A DNA stretch of 64,000 nt from an uncultured Nitrososphaerales archaeon (GTDB taxonomy: Archaea > Thermoproteota > Nitrososphaeria > Nitrososphaerales > Nitrososphaeraceae), in NCBI GenBank assembly GCA_963841565.1, contig CAWJCY010000001.1, positions 96,001 through 160,000 on the forward strand, in the 5' to 3' direction. Numbering within the stretch: position 1 is the stretch's first letter; every line of letters starts with the position of its first letter. Under the pieces are notes generated by a model that did not search any database, had not been told where the DNA came from, and saw only the letters and a program-made list of their open reading frames with translations. The position numbers were made by a program, and so were the translations under genes. Positions 44,743-56,505 of this stretch are shown here, in pieces.

Positions 44743-46525
44743 CCACTTTCACCTCTTCTTTACTTTCAAGTCTTCTAAACTGTTCAATCATACCGTTTTC
44801 GAGGGCGTCTAGTCGCTGTACCTCCTCGTCAGGAATCTCAAATTTTGCTTTTAGTAGAGAGCTAATAACTGGCATCGCCCTTATATCGGCCAGGGAAGTT
44901 CCCTCTCTTAAGGCTTTAAGTGCCTCCTTGTAGAATCTGACCATGACCTTGACTAATTTCACCTGCTTTTGTGGACTGCAATAGGTATCAACCTTGTCGA
45001 AGGAATTTTGCTGCAGAATTCCTATTTTTATCATTCGTGCAACTTCCAAGATAAGTTTTTCTTCGTCAGGAAGTGCTTCCGGTCCAAGAAGCCTCACGAT
45101 TTCTTTTAGCGTATCCTCTCTCTGCAAAATATGATATGACTCTCCTCTCAACTCAAACCATTCACTACTTACTTCTTCCTTCCACCATTTGGCAACATCC
45201 TCCAAGTACCCCGAATAGGACTGCATCCAGTTAATCGAAGGATAATGCCTTGAGTATGCAAGTCTAGTATCCAGAGCCCAGAATGTCTTGATGAATCTAA
45301 TGGTATGCGTCGTCACGGGCTCTGTGAAATCGGCTCCTGAAGGAGATACAGCTCCTATCAGAGTCACGGATCCGCTTCTTTCTGGCAGACCCAAAGACCT
45401 AACTCGCCCAGCACGTTCATAAAATTCTGCCAATCTGGATGCAAGATAGGAAGGATAGCCTTCTTCAGCTGGCATCTCTTCAAGTCTTCCTGACATTTCT
45501 CTTAAAGCCTCAGCCCACCTACTTGTGGAATCAGCGACAAGGACAGTGTCAAAACCCATGTCACGGTAATACTCTGCAATAGTCACACCTGTGTAAATAG
45601 AAGCTTCGCGGGCGGCCACGGGCATATTACTGGTGTTTGCCACAAGAACAGTTCTTTCCATTAACGGCCTACCTGAACGCGGGTCAAGAAGGTGAGGAAA
45701 TTCCACTAATACCTCAGTCATTTCATTTCCACGTTCGCCACATCCAATATACACAACAACTTTTGAATCAGCCCATTTTGCTATCTGATGCAGAGTTACA
45801 GTCTTACCAGTTCCAAAACCACCTGGTATGGCTCCCGTCCCTCCCTTTGCGATCGGGAAATATGTGTCAATAATACGCTGGCCTGTGACAAGAGGCACTG
45901 TAGGGTCATATCTTTCGGTGTAAGGTCTTGGATGTCGAACTGGCCATTTGTGGTACATCTTAAGTTCTGTATGATCGCCACCATCTTTTTGTGTCTCAGC
46001 CAAAACTTGTTCCAAGTCATATTCACCTTCACCAACCATGTTTGTTATTACACCTCCACGATGGTTTGGAGGTACAAGAATGCTATGAGTAAGCAACGGT
46101 GTTTCATCCACCGTGCCTAGAATGGAACCACCGGTAATATTATCTCCTTTCTTTACCGTTGGAATAAACTTGTACTTCTTCTTTAGATCTATTGGTGTGG
46201 TCTCGATTCCCCTTCCGATGAAATCGCCTGATTTCTTCGCCATCTCGCTCAATGGCCTTTGTATCCCATCATAGATCTGGCCAATGATCCCTGGACCAAG
46301 AGTAACGGATAGCGGTTGACCTGTTCCAACTACAGGTTCTCCAGGTTTCAGACCTGAAGTTGTCTCATAAACCTGAATAAATGCTACGTCTCCGGTAAGC
46401 CTAATAACTTCACCAATAAGTTTAGATTCACCTACCTCAACGGTTTCGTACATCTTTGTAGATGACATACCATCGGCCCTGACCGCTGGACCGCTAACCC
46501 AGACTATTTTACCTTTTGAGACCAA
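44735..46525 (-). CDS. atpA: A1Ao ATP synthase subunit A (no intein)
   Basis: [35 protein letters not shown]. Confidence 0.98.
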   Translation of the reverse strand: MVSKGKIVWVSGPAVRADGMSSTKMYETVEVGESKLIGEVIRLTGDVAFIQVYETTSGLKPGEPVVGTGQPLSVTLGPGIIGQIYDGIQRPLSEMAKKSGDFIGRGIETTPIDLKKKYKFIPTVKKGDNITGGSILGTVDETPLLTHSILVPPNHRGGVITNMVGEGEYDLEQVLAETQKDGGDHTELKMYHKWPVRHPRPYTERYDPTVPLVTGQRIIDTYFPIAKGGTGAIPGGFGTGKTVTLHQIAKWADSKVVVYIGCGERGNEMTEVLVEFPHLLDPRSGRPLMERTVLVANTSNMPVAAREASIYTGVTIAEYYRDMGFDTVLVADSTSRWAEALREMSGRLEEMPAEEGYPSYLASRLAEFYERAGRVRSLGLPERSGSVTLIGAVSPSGADFTEPVTTHTIRFIKTFWALDTRLAYSRHYPSINWMQSYSGYLEDVAKWWKEEVSSEWFELRGESYHILQREDTLKEIVRLLGPEALPDEEKLILEVARMIKIGILQQNSFDKVDTYCSPQKQVKLVKVMVRFYKEALKALREGTSLADIRAMPVISSLLKAKFEIPDEEVQRLDALENGMIEQFRRLESKEEVKVVV

Positions 46526-47145
46526 CTTTCTCTTTCACTCCCTCTCAAGATTTGGACAATGTTTTTCCTTATTAAAGGTTTGAGCCGTTCTATTCTAGAA
46601 TCAATAGAATCATCATAGGTCAGTGTTCCATCTGATGACGTAGCGCGTATCCCTCCTAAGATGTCAATATTCTTATCTGCCACAACCATCGTTGTTCCCT
46701 TTTCTTTGTTAATACTATCCACAAGCTTTCGTACCAACCCAGAATCGGTTTTGTTACATTCGATAATAAGGTCGTTCTTGCCGATTTCATTGAGACTACC
46801 CAATAAGGCTTGCTTCATCAACTTTTCATAATCCGGTTCCTTGTGTAAGGATAACAATCTCTTCCTTGCCATCTCGAAAACGGTTTTGACTGAATCCTCT
46901 ACTAGGATGAGCTGATTGTTCCTTGCAGAGAGCCTACTTGAACCAACGATCTGCCTCTTGAGATTTTCAGCCTGCTTCTTTGCATTTTCAAGTATTGCCA
47001 TGTATTCAGAATTGAGTTTACTTTTAGAGGAATCTAGATTCCTCAGTGATTCCTGATAGGCTGATTCTAACTTTGAAATTAATTCACTCTCCTTTTGTGA
47101 TAAAACGTTGTCAATAGTCCTCTCTAGCGGCGAGGATGAACTCAT
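46504..47145 (-). CDS. atpE: A1Ao ATP synthase subunit E
   Basis: Long N-terminal coiled coil, ILGGI....DG...YD.SI.SRI; upstream of atpA. Confidence 0.92.
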   Translation of the reverse strand: MSSSSPLERTIDNVLSQKESELISKLESAYQESLRNLDSSKSKLNSEYMAILENAKKQAENLKRQIVGSSRLSARNNQLILVEDSVKTVFEMARKRLLSLHKEPDYEKLMKQALLGSLNEIGKNDLIIECNKTDSGLVRKLVDSINKEKGTTMVVADKNIDILGGIRATSSDGTLTYDDSIDSRIERLKPLIRKNIVQILRGSERESWSQKVK

Positions 47146-47262
47146 TATGGTCTGAAGTTCTTCGGCATACGTGATTTTAACCTTTTGCTAATTTTGGGCA
47201 GTCAGTGGTCTATATGTTGCTAAGGCGAATCTAGCAAACTGAGATTTGACCAATTAAGGGAA

Positions 47263-47865
47263 TCAAGACATACTGTACAAATCCTGAGTAACAGATTCGG
47301 CTAGAGAAACCAGTGCTGATTTATGACTCCCTTCCCAGTAAATTTTCTTGCATCTGCAACATTGATAAAAATGAGAATACACGAGATACGATTTTGGAGG
47401 GATCAAATTCTTTATGTCGTCTATCTCTCCTTTCATTTTCTTCTCGAGTTTAAGATTGCATGTGGGACATCTTGCATATGCCGTATCAAATAGTATCTCC
47501 GTGATGCTGCATTCTCCAAAGATTTTTACCATATTCTCCTTATCTGAATGACCTTGCAAAAGTACGCAACCAATTCTTTTATTTAGAGATCTCTTGAACA
47601 ATTCTTTATCGGATGTTAAAAGAATTCGTCGTTGGTCATTACATTCATTGAGTAAATGATCATCGGAAATTGAACTACTGTAGGCTGTATCTATTCCGAA
47701 TATCCTAAGCTTCCGAGCCAGACTTCCATGCATCGAGTCTGCGAAAAAGGCTAGATCTCTATACGGTTGCCGCTTCGCCTCTACATTCTTCACAAGTAAA
47801 TGTTCCTTGAACGTATTGCAGCAAATCAGACCATTCGCCACATTCATCGCAATATCCCGATACAT
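47263..47865 (-). CDS. Mut7-C RNase (PIN) domain protein; true start probably near 47760-47800
   Basis: FADSM.GSLARKLRIFG.D, RILLTSD, RCPTCN, C..C.KIYWEGSH. Confidence 0.85.
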   Translation of the reverse strand: MYRDIAMNVANGLICCNTFKEHLLVKNVEAKRQPYRDLAFFADSMHGSLARKLRIFGIDTAYSSSISDDHLLNECNDQRRILLTSDKELFKRSLNKRIGCVLLQGHSDKENMVKIFGECSITEILFDTAYARCPTCNLKLEKKMKGEIDDIKNLIPPKSYLVYSHFYQCCRCKKIYWEGSHKSALVSLAESVTQDLYSMS

Positions 47866-48308
47866 TGCCTATGGGCCGACCAATTTCTCCTCTGATCAGC
47901 GACGCCTTCTCGGACACAACGTCTACCAACTCTGGAGTTACGGCGATAACGTCTGACGCAGAGATAATGCCGACAAGCCTTCCTTTATAGACCACACCCA
48001 ATCTCTTGATGTTTTTTTGCCTTAGCTGCCGTGCTGCTTCGGTAACACTATCTTCTCCTTCAATAGTATAAAGTCTGCTTCATTATATCAGATCCTTTCA
48101 TCATGCTAGGCCTGACGTCCTGTACGACCGTATTCGTAACTATATCCCAATCTGTAACTATCCCTACTGGATTTTCATTTCTCATGATAACTATGCTGCC
48201 TATTCTCTCATCTTTCATCTTCTTGGCGATTTCATTCACCGAGTCGTCGGGGTGACAAGAAACAACGGTACTATTCATAATATCCCTTACAAGAACCCTA
48301 GTAGTCAT
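47759..48308 (-). CDS. CBS-pair protein with C-terminal Zn ribbon, split by one extra base near 48074
   Basis: VRDIM...GIVTDWD joins LYTIEGEDSVTEAA...IKRLGV..GIISASD and GYCDECG...CEEC after deleting one base. Confidence 0.85.
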
Positions 48309-48458
48309 ATTTGCATCCCGGTGCTTGCTTATGGAATCCCTTTCGGCCACAATAGATGAAGACTATGATTTACTTAATTACTTTGCTAGAAACTGAGAGG
48401 TGTCAGTTTGCATATTTGCAGGTTTGACATACTTCTGGCGACTGTTTAACCCATTCAC

Positions 48459-50468
48459 CTAAGATTGCAATTCTCCCATCGATCGGGCCAGAAGATCGCC
48501 CTTCTTTGTAATCAATATCTTTGATTGCCCATGAGGAATGGTCTTTACAATTTCGTCAATTGAAATCGACTTAAGGTACTCTAAAAGCTCTTTGAACTCT
48601 TCAGAAATGTCACTACATACTCTTACCAGCTCCTGCTTAAATTTTTTAGCCACATTAGTTGGATCGTTTCCCCCTGGCAGTAGCACGCAATATGCGATTG
48701 ACTTCTTTTTCACCGCTTCCTGAGGACCGCACATTAAGGCGTATTTTTTTTCCAAGATTATTACACCCAAAGCCAGCCTAATTTCAACTCCTTTGACAAA
48801 GTTCCTCTTTCCTTGTATGACAAAGGAACCTTTAGGCAGAAACTGTCCGGTGGGAGCGCCTTTCTTTACCTGATCTGGGATGACCCAATAAGCGTCAGCA
48901 ACTGACAATCCGTCTTTCCAAGCCCTACTAAACGATACTGTTGCCTGAGCAGCTTCCAACAGACTTGTTTTGAGTTGCTCGGCGTCATTGCTTGGTACAT
49001 TCTTGATAACAAAGAATGGCGATCCATGGACTTCCGCATGAAATACCAAGTCTTGATCCGTTAAATGCTTCCTTATAATTGCGGAATTCGATGACGCATC
49101 TCTTCCTCCGATGCACAAAAGCCCCTCGCTCCCTATAAACCACCTATATCTTTCAAACCATTCTTTTTCAACTTGGGGTTTTACCGCGACTTTCTTTTGG
49201 AGCAAATCAGCCCTTCGCCTTAGATCCTCCATTTGTTCAACTAGCTTAGATTTCGCGATTCTAATCGATTGACAACCCCTTTCCAATTCTTTTGCTCTAT
49301 CAAACAACAACGAGGAGATTCTTGGCAAGCGTGATTCGAATGGTATGGATTCATCGACAATCTCAAGGAATTTTTTACCGGCGATCGTAACGATCTTCGA
49401 GGAGTTTTTCTCTAGAACTGATGATAGTGACTTGTCTTGGATGTCAGTCACAGCATTTGGAAGGGTTATGAGTTCCTGTGCCAATTTCCTAATTGCATTA
49501 GACTTCGCTATAACTTCTGACTCGGCTTGATTCTGTTGGTTGTAGTCATGTTCTAGAACAGCAATTTTGTTATCTAAAACAACCGTACGAGTGCTTGAAC
49601 CCTCTTCTATCAACACCTCACTGAAAACAGAGTCCACAGCCTCCATCAGAGTTTCATGTGGAACGAATGCCGCTCCCTCTGTTATTGATTCTAATCGGAA
49701 GGGTATTACATTTATGGGCCGACCTGCATTGTCTAAAACCACTAATGGTTTATGCGTTGATGTATCGCATACATCAAATACAAGTTTTCTGGTCAATTCA
49801 AAGACCACTTCTATGTCTCCTCTGGTCGTGTCACTCAGTTTCCTGTGCTTCATTCTGGCCCTGGTAATTACTTCTTCGATGTATTTTTTCGATAGCGAGA
49901 TATTCCTGCCAAACCATTTCTCAACCTCAATGTCGGGATCTATCTCCTTATCGCGCAATTCCAATAAATCACCGATTGAGAGATCAAATATGTTGATTCC
50001 TCTGGGTGGAGGTGACTGATAGGTCATACCGGTTCTAAGTATCCTATGTCTAACCTCAACCGGATTCAGAATTGTAAGTATCACATTATTTTCGTCGCAT
50101 ACGATTACATTTCCCTTACGAAAGAATTCGGCGACTAGGATTCTCAAACGACCATCAAGATGTCTAAACTTGAGATAGGCTACACGCTCATCCCCTATCT
50201 GTTCAATACTCTCGAATTTTGCTCTCTCTATCTCTGATTTCATACTACTAGTAATTGGACTATCTTCGAAAGTACGGAAGTTCATCTTTGTGATCCATAT
50301 CCCTGTCGTAGAAAGGATCAAAATAACATCAGAGAGACTGGGATGGCGCATTTTCAGGGAAAATGAATTTCTTGAAATACTGGATATAGCACCTACGTAA
50401 TATCCTTGATTTAGCTTTTGATTGATATCTTCGATTAGACAGTGCAATTCAAGACCTGATAGTTCCAT
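48459..50468 (-). CDS. rqcH: Ribosome rescue factor aRqc2/RqcH (NFACT family)
   Basis: EQI.DER, EFF.KGN, WFERYRWF, GGRDA.SN, FHAEV.GSP, GSFVI.GKRN. Confidence 0.92.
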   Translation of the reverse strand: MELSGLELHCLIEDINQKLNQGYYVGAISSISRNSFSLKMRHPSLSDVILILSTTGIWITKMNFRTFEDSPITSSMKSEIERAKFESIEQIGDERVAYLKFRHLDGRLRILVAEFFRKGNVIVCDENNVILTILNPVEVRHRILRTGMTYQSPPPRGINIFDLSIGDLLELRDKEIDPDIEVEKWFGRNISLSKKYIEEVITRARMKHRKLSDTTRGDIEVVFELTRKLVFDVCDTSTHKPLVVLDNAGRPINVIPFRLESITEGAAFVPHETLMEAVDSVFSEVLIEEGSSTRTVVLDNKIAVLEHDYNQQNQAESEVIAKSNAIRKLAQELITLPNAVTDIQDKSLSSVLEKNSSKIVTIAGKKFLEIVDESIPFESRLPRISSLLFDRAKELERGCQSIRIAKSKLVEQMEDLRRRADLLQKKVAVKPQVEKEWFERYRWFIGSEGLLCIGGRDASSNSAIIRKHLTDQDLVFHAEVHGSPFFVIKNVPSNDAEQLKTSLLEAAQATVSFSRAWKDGLSVADAYWVIPDQVKKGAPTGQFLPKGSFVIQGKRNFVKGVEIRLALGVIILEKKYALMCGPQEAVKKKSIAYCVLLPGGNDPTNVAKKFKQELVRVCSDISEEFKELLEYLKSISIDEIVKTIPHGQSKILITKKGDLLARSMGELQS

Positions 50469-50556
50469 GATCTTCATCGTGACTCTACCATTATCCAATT
50501 ATAACACTTTTCCACGCTAACCGTAAGGAATTAAACCAGGATGCTTCAAGACTGTA

Positions 50557-50880
50557 ATGGTCGTATTGTACCTCGTCGATAGATTGGACATGTTCGATAG
50601 AATTTATTTCATGCGTGCAGTGCTTGGTGTCATTGGAGGAATTGTTGCCGGCCTTGTCATAATACCGGGTACCGACCAAGGGACGATAATAGGCATCGTC
50701 ATACTTATCGGTCTGTTCTTTTATTTGATATCGTACGTCATATCTAAGAAGATTGGCCGAACGGTTCAGAAACCCCAAAGGAGGAAACTTGCAACTAACG
50801 GGATTTTCCCCTTCATTTTCCTCCTTTTAATGTTCATGATTTTTATATACACAGGATTACATCAAAGTCTCGCACATTAA
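50557..50880 (+). CDS. Three-TM membrane protein, EMC6/Rab5ip-like
   Basis: IYFMR..LGVIGGIVAG TM1, TM2, G...FI.L....IFIYT TM3 pattern. Confidence 0.6.
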   Translation: MVVLYLVDRLDMFDRIYFMRAVLGVIGGIVAGLVIIPGTDQGTIIGIVILIGLFFYLISYVISKKIGRTVQKPQRRKLATNGIFPFIFLLLMFMIFIYTGLHQSLAH

Positions 50881-50910
50881 AATAAGGGAAATTGCCAAAA
50901 TTTTGGCAAA

Positions 50911-51504
50911 TTGCTTTGGAAATACGATACCCCAGGGATCCCTGACGAGCTATTCGAACGAACCGAGAAGGTGCCCATAACGAAGGAAGAGGTTAGGGCT
51001 ATAACAATAAGCAAGTTGAGGCTGAAGGAAGGCTTTACTGCAATTGACGTTGGCTGTGGCAGTGGTAGCCTGACAGTTGAAATCTGCAATCAGATCAGAG
51101 GAGGAAAGGCTTATGCAATTGATTTTGATGAAAAGGCAGTGGAATTAACAAGGCAGAATTTGAGTCGATTTGGATTCAAAGCCGAGGTCATCTTATCTGA
51201 TGCACAAGATGCGCTTCCCAGGCTTCCACAGGTAAATTCCATAGTTATTGGCGGGACGTGGAGTAATACAAGAAAGATTATCGAAATGGGAATATCGAAA
51301 CTACAAACGAATGGTCGATTGGTTGTTAATACCATACTAATAGAATCAGCTTATGATGCACTGTCTACAATTTATAGCGCTAACCTTGAAGAGGTAGATG
51401 TGACACAAGTCATGATTTCAAAATCGAGGAAAGTAACGACCGGGACTATGATGTTGGCGAGAAATCCGGTTCTTATAATCTCGGCAACTAGGCCCACTTC
51501 CTGA
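50911..51504 (+). CDS. cbiT: Cobalt-precorrin-6B C15-methyltransferase
   Basis: PGIPDE.F, ITKEEVRA, DVGCGSGS, ARNPV. Confidence 0.93.
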   Translation: MLWKYDTPGIPDELFERTEKVPITKEEVRAITISKLRLKEGFTAIDVGCGSGSLTVEICNQIRGGKAYAIDFDEKAVELTRQNLSRFGFKAEVILSDAQDALPRLPQVNSIVIGGTWSNTRKIIEMGISKLQTNGRLVVNTILIESAYDALSTIYSANLEEVDVTQVMISKSRKVTTGTMMLARNPVLIISATRPTS

Positions 51505-51684
51505 ATTAATGACATTTAGCAGGAAATGATTGTCTATAGAACAACCCTTAACCTGTTATCGTATGCATCTGTTCTTCTTTGAGCTTGAATGAAAGGTAAA
51601 AGTTGTATGTGTGTTTAAAGTATTCCATTGATTTGCTTCATTCCAAAGCGTAACTTAAATTACTGCTAGGTCCATTTTCGAAAA

Positions 51685-52404
51685 ATGAGGCTTTCTTGTA
51701 TTGGATGCGGGCCAGGAGATCCAGAGTTACTTACTGTTAAGGCGATAAACAGATTGAAAGCGGCAGACATTATTTTCGGTCCGACTTCAAGGGAAGGAAA
51801 ACAGAGCATAGCTATCGGGGTGGTTGAGAGGTATATCGATAAGGAACACCAAACTGTCAGAGCCTTGGTTTTTCCAATGAAAAAGGACAAGGAATCATTG
51901 GTAGAATATTGGAAAAAGAACGCCTCCGAGATTGCCGAATCCGTCTATGCGGGGAAGAATGTCGTTTATCTGACTGTTGGGGATCCATCTCTGTACAGTA
52001 CATGGGCTTATGTGTTTAAGGAGTTGAGAGAAAATTTCCCTGATATTGAGATCGAAATTATTCCCGGTATTACATCTATGTTCTCTTTTGCAGCCGAAGC
52101 GAAACTGAGTCTAGCTGAAGGAGAGCAGACAGTGGGCATTATTCCAGCATGCTATGACATCGAGAGGGTAAGAAACACGGCAAGTACATGCGATACTGTG
52201 ATTTTTCTTAAAGACGGGAGATATTTCGGCAAGGTAATACAAATGTTGCCGTACGCCGGATTTAGTAATGATTCGTTGGTGACTATAGCTCAGGACGTCT
52301 CAGTCGATGAACAGACAATCAGAACTTCTCAACTTCGAGAATTACAGCAAGTGACCGAGACAGGAGAAAAGTATTTTTCAATAATGGTTGTGAAAAAGAA
52401 ATGA
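51685..52404 (+). CDS. cbiL: Cobalt-factor II / precorrin-2 C20-methyltransferase
   Basis: GPGDPELLTVKA, FPM.KD, GDPSLYST, IPGITS, YFS.MVV. Confidence 0.92.
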   Translation: MRLSCIGCGPGDPELLTVKAINRLKAADIIFGPTSREGKQSIAIGVVERYIDKEHQTVRALVFPMKKDKESLVEYWKKNASEIAESVYAGKNVVYLTVGDPSLYSTWAYVFKELRENFPDIEIEIIPGITSMFSFAAEAKLSLAEGEQTVGIIPACYDIERVRNTASTCDTVIFLKDGRYFGKVIQMLPYAGFSNDSLVTIAQDVSVDEQTIRTSQLRELQQVTETGEKYFSIMVVKKK

Positions 52405-53208
52405 CCTACCGGAAAACTAGCCACCCTGTTGTTTACTTCGCCGGCTCAGGTCCTGGGGATCCTGACCTTATTACGGTGAAGGCAAAAAAATTGCTGGCAG
52501 AGGCCGATACAATTGTCTATTCGGGTTCTTTATTAAATCCAAAATTACTAGAATGTACGAAAAAGAATGCAAGTTTGTATGATGCCTCATTGATAGATAG
52601 GGAAAAAATTTATGTAATATTAAGAGACGCATCGTGGGCAGGTCAACTTGTCATGAGGTTGCATGATGGAGATCCGAATATTTATGGGGCTACTAAAGAA
52701 CAGGTCGATAAGCTACAAGCAGATGGAATAACTTGTAAAATGATTCCAGGAGTTACTTCCCTTCTAGGAGCTGCTGCGTCATTGAATATGGAATTAACGT
52801 TACCTGGGAATACTCAGACGATAATTATTACGAGAGCAGAGCTCAGAACTCCTGTTCCTGAAAAAGAGAAGATTTCCCAACTTGCATCACATGGCTCAAC
52901 TATGGCCTTTTATCTAAGTGTTCACTTGATTAAGGAAATAGTTCGACAGTTGTTGCAAGGTGGAGCATACACTGATGATACCCCGGTCTGCCGTCGTTTA
53001 CAAAGCTACTTGGGAGGATGAGGTCATTATTACAGGGAATTTGGCAGATATTGCTGACAAAACTCAAAATGCACACATAACCAAGACTGCGTTGTTAATT
53101 GTTGGTAACGTGGTTAAACCAAGAGGTTACCAATTTTCGAAGGTGTATGACCCAGACTTCAGTCATGGCTACAGACGAGCATCAATTCAACACAGGCTTG
53201 ACCGCTAA
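52401..53208 (+). CDS. cbiF: Cobalt-precorrin-4 C11-methyltransferase, split by one extra base near 52989
   Basis: GPGDPDLITVK, RLHDGDP.IYGA, ELTLP..QT.I.TR; repaired junction DTPV-AVVYKATW; FSKVYD.DFSHGYR. Confidence 0.92.
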
Positions 53209-53254
53209 TTGATTCAAGACAATGGGGTGGCTGCGACTACCGCTCAACCCTCCT

Positions 53255-53572
53255 TCAAATCCCTATTCTAAAGATCTCTTTCTGTCCAACCGTAGCCCAG
53301 GCACCCATAGCCATTGTAGTCGCTGGTTGTTTTTGATCAGAGGGTTCTGCTAAATTAGTGATCTCACTTAAGATAATTTCTTTGGGATCCCAAGGAGGCC
53401 ACAACATGGCTACATATTCCCCTGTTTTGCCTGCTTCCTCTAGGCTTGCCAGCCTCATCCTCTGGGGATCAAAACCTTTCTTTCCCAGTAGATCTTTAAC
53501 CTTGTCAAATAAGACCATCCTTCCATGTACAATGATATGAACAGTGGCATTCTCTGGACTTGTTGCAGACAT
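53255..53572 (-). CDS. Hypothetical protein (105 aa)
   Basis: Protein-like ORF, divergent from 53612. Confidence 0.7.
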   Translation of the reverse strand: MSATSPENATVHIIVHGRMVLFDKVKDLLGKKGFDPQRMRLASLEEAGKTGEYVAMLWPPWDPKEIILSEITNLAEPSDQKQPATTMAMGAWATVGQKEIFRIGI

Positions 53573-53611
53573 AATTCTAGTTGTATCATATAGGGTAATG
53601 TATAAACGTGT

Positions 53612-54208
53612 TTGCCAAGAAATTCAATAGACACGTTGACGGCATTTGCCAATTCTTACATGGGTCTGCTTTTTCCAGAAGATCTTCCCGAAAGGATAAA
53701 AGCATTTTTGGCTGGTAAAAGAGACTTTCCCTATATCTCCGCAGACGAGATCATCGGGTTGTTCTATATTTTTGGAAAGCAGAAAGAGCTATCTTCTGGA
53801 ATAGAAACAGCACAAATATTGCAATTGTGCGGCAAAACCGCCCGCGATTTCGACAGGGCAATTGCCCAATATAGAACGAATGTAGTCCCTGTAGATTCCA
53901 GTTTTACTAGAGGCAAATACTTGAAACGGCAGCTACAAATCACCGTAGAGATGAAGGGAAGATCTACATCAGAAAAACTCTACAAAGACCCAATTATTGT
54001 CACTGATTCGATCATACAGCATATTTCATTTCATAATGAGAAATACTTCTTTCAGGTTTACGGGCCATTAAAAGAGCAAGAAGTTGTAAGAGATCTACAC
54101 AAGTCATTGCTAGGCCGAGTTGTAATGGTGGGATTTAATCGGGAAGGTGAAAAAAGTATCCCCTTTACTCATCCACTCATCCCATTATTTGCACATTTAC
54201 GCCAGTGA
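53612..54208 (+). CDS. Hypothetical protein (198 aa)
   Basis: Long ORF, no family recognised. Confidence 0.75.
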   Translation: MPRNSIDTLTAFANSYMGLLFPEDLPERIKAFLAGKRDFPYISADEIIGLFYIFGKQKELSSGIETAQILQLCGKTARDFDRAIAQYRTNVVPVDSSFTRGKYLKRQLQITVEMKGRSTSEKLYKDPIIVTDSIIQHISFHNEKYFFQVYGPLKEQEVVRDLHKSLLGRVVMVGFNREGEKSIPFTHPLIPLFAHLRQ

Positions 54209-54293
54209 GTGGATGGTTAAATGGTGCAAGTAGGCGAGTTAATTGTGGTAATGTGAGAAGCTTTAGGCTCGAAAACCCCAAGACCACGAGGGC

Positions 54294-55350
54294 TCAGTCA
54301 GGAGTCACAAGTCTAGAGACTATTACATCATGAGACACTTTCTGCTCGACACCTGAAATAATTGCTGATAGATTCCTTATTTCTATCATTATGAGCTTTA
54401 ATGCAGCGAGCATGATGGCAACACTGAAAACCGATCTAAAAGCACTAAAAACACGTTTCAAACTTATCCCTTCAAAGCCTGCCTCTAATTGCATAATAAT
54501 ATCAATATCGTCGGATACATTCTGAGGGATGATTTCTCTATATACTGTATCCCCTAGTTCTGAAGCTGCCTCTGATATTTTTTCGGCGTTCATGAGCTTT
54601 TGCAGGGTCTCTCTTGTGACCTTTGGGGTCGTAGATACAATTCAGCTCATTTATGTCTGTAGGGCTTAAGTTCCAATACTTGCCTCTAAGTACCGCTAAA
54701 ACGTTATACGAATCTATATCAACTGAGACCACCCTCTTTATGTCTGGATCTTGTGCCTCAGACTTCATGGCTTTATCAAGCGTCTTAAAGAAGACATTGT
54801 CTAGATATATATCAAATAATCTCAGGTCTTTTTTCTCCTTATAAGCAGCAGCTGCTTTGGATGCCTGTTCAAAAAATTCACTCCCTGACAGGACTGAGAC
54901 AGCTTCGTCAAGGTCTTGAGCTACTAGTGCTTTCACTACCAAATCTCTCCTGCCTACTAACTCTTCCGCTCGGAGGTTAATTTTTGGTAATAGCTCCTCG
55001 TAAGACTTGCCCAAAGCCTTTCCTTTTAAAATCAATTTAAGATTCCAAGTAATATACTTTGTAAAGTAGGCGTACAGTACTCCTGAGCCTCCCGAGATAT
55101 TTACTAATTTAGCATGGACGTTGACCAGGTACTCGCGAAGCGCGCTCTCAGCCTTCTCCGCGGTATAGGGCTTTGGGAGTTTTGCTAGTGCGTCAAGATA
55201 TACCGTGTTCTTCATTCGTGTAACGAGTTCATCTATATCTCGCGATTCAGCAAGTGTATGGAGCTCATTCTTAGATAACATGCGTCCTCTCAATCCGTGA
55301 GATAACACTGTACCAAAAATCTTACTTGGCATACTTACAGTAGTACTCAT
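54294..55350 (-). CDS. atpC: A1Ao ATP synthase subunit C (d), split by one extra base near 54641
   Basis: WNLKLILKGK, IDSYN...LRGK, EIRNL.AI..G; repaired junction EL-IVSTTPKVTRETLQKLMNA. Confidence 0.9.
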
Positions 55351-55492
55351 TTTAACCTAAAATCTCCATAAATATTGGTATCGTGACAAGCATTTTAACA
55401 TTTAGCTGACCCTTCATTGTACGGAAAATGAGATTGACGATTAAAGTCTTCTCAACCTCAACAGCAATGACGTAGCACGACCCTTCAGATAC

Positions 55493-55753
55493 TCATTCCA
55501 TGAATAGTCTTTCCAATTGTGAGCAAATTCTAACGGAGAATGCTAGAATCACAAAGTGGACTCCAAATCCTATAAGTGAGGCAATCAGAATATCCTCAGT
55601 ACCGTGGTTTATCCCGACAAAAATTGCCAGCGGTGGTAGAACTAGAACTAGGGCCATTGCTGTGCTTAGCCAAAACGATTTTATTAAATCGTCGGGGGAG
55701 AAATCCTTGCTACCGTTATAGGAAAAAACAATCCTCGTGGGCGGGGAATGCAT
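55493..55753 (-). CDS. Small two-TM protein (VMA21-like pattern)
   Basis: TAMALVLVLPPLAIF...ASLIGFGVHFVILAF hairpin, upstream of atpC on the same strand. Confidence 0.65.
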   Translation of the reverse strand: MHSPPTRIVFSYNGSKDFSPDDLIKSFWLSTAMALVLVLPPLAIFVGINHGTEDILIASLIGFGVHFVILAFSVRICSQLERLFME

Positions 55754-56277
55754 ATAATTCTTGTCATAATTTCTTACTTAGCTACGAAATATAAACATTG
55801 GTCATAGAACTTTTTCAGCTTTCTGCTTCAATCTGTCCAAGAAAATAAAACTGAAGGTTGATGGGTGAGGATAATTTAACAGCAAAGCTCTTTTTCAATC
55901 AGAAAGAAGAACGACGACGATAACAGGCCCTCTATATCTGCAATGAAAAAATAAAAATAAAAATAACGTAATCAGTCCATTCAGCATAGATGGCTGACTA
56001 GTCGACCACAATATCGGCTGTCGTTTTTTTTGATACGTTTCACTATCCTCTAGCCAATAATGATATCCAAGGAACTGATATTGTGAATTTAAGAAGAATT
56101 GTCCCCCGCAAGCTTCTTTTAGAAAACAATTGAAATCACAAAATTTCGGCTGTGCCACCTGAAAAAGAAGTAGATTAACTGTTGCCAAATCATAATCTTA
56201 TTGCAGGTCCAGGAAATTCAAGGATATGAACAAATACATGTTCCTCTTCATGTAAGAGCGGGAAGGATTTGTAGGTC

Positions 56278-56505
56278 ATGAAAGGGGGGAATGATGAATC
56301 CAGTCCATTAAGCAAGACAAGACTGTTCGGAGTGAGCAGCCTAATCGCATTAATTATCGCTATCCCAGCACTAATCGTGACTTTTTTGATGCACTATTAC
56401 GTTAAAGCAGACCTACTGGTTACAATGTCGCTTGGTCTATTGACTCTTTTTATTGGAATGGGAGTGGGATACAGAGTCTCAAAGAAATTCGTTACGATGG
56501 ATTAG
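56278..56505 (+). CDS. Small two-TM protein, apparent paralogue of 55493..55753
   Basis: ALIIAIPALIVTF.....DLL...LG hairpin with similar spacing. Confidence 0.7.
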   Translation: MKGGNDESSPLSKTRLFGVSSLIALIIAIPALIVTFLMHYYVKADLLVTMSLGLLTLFIGMGVGYRVSKKFVTMD

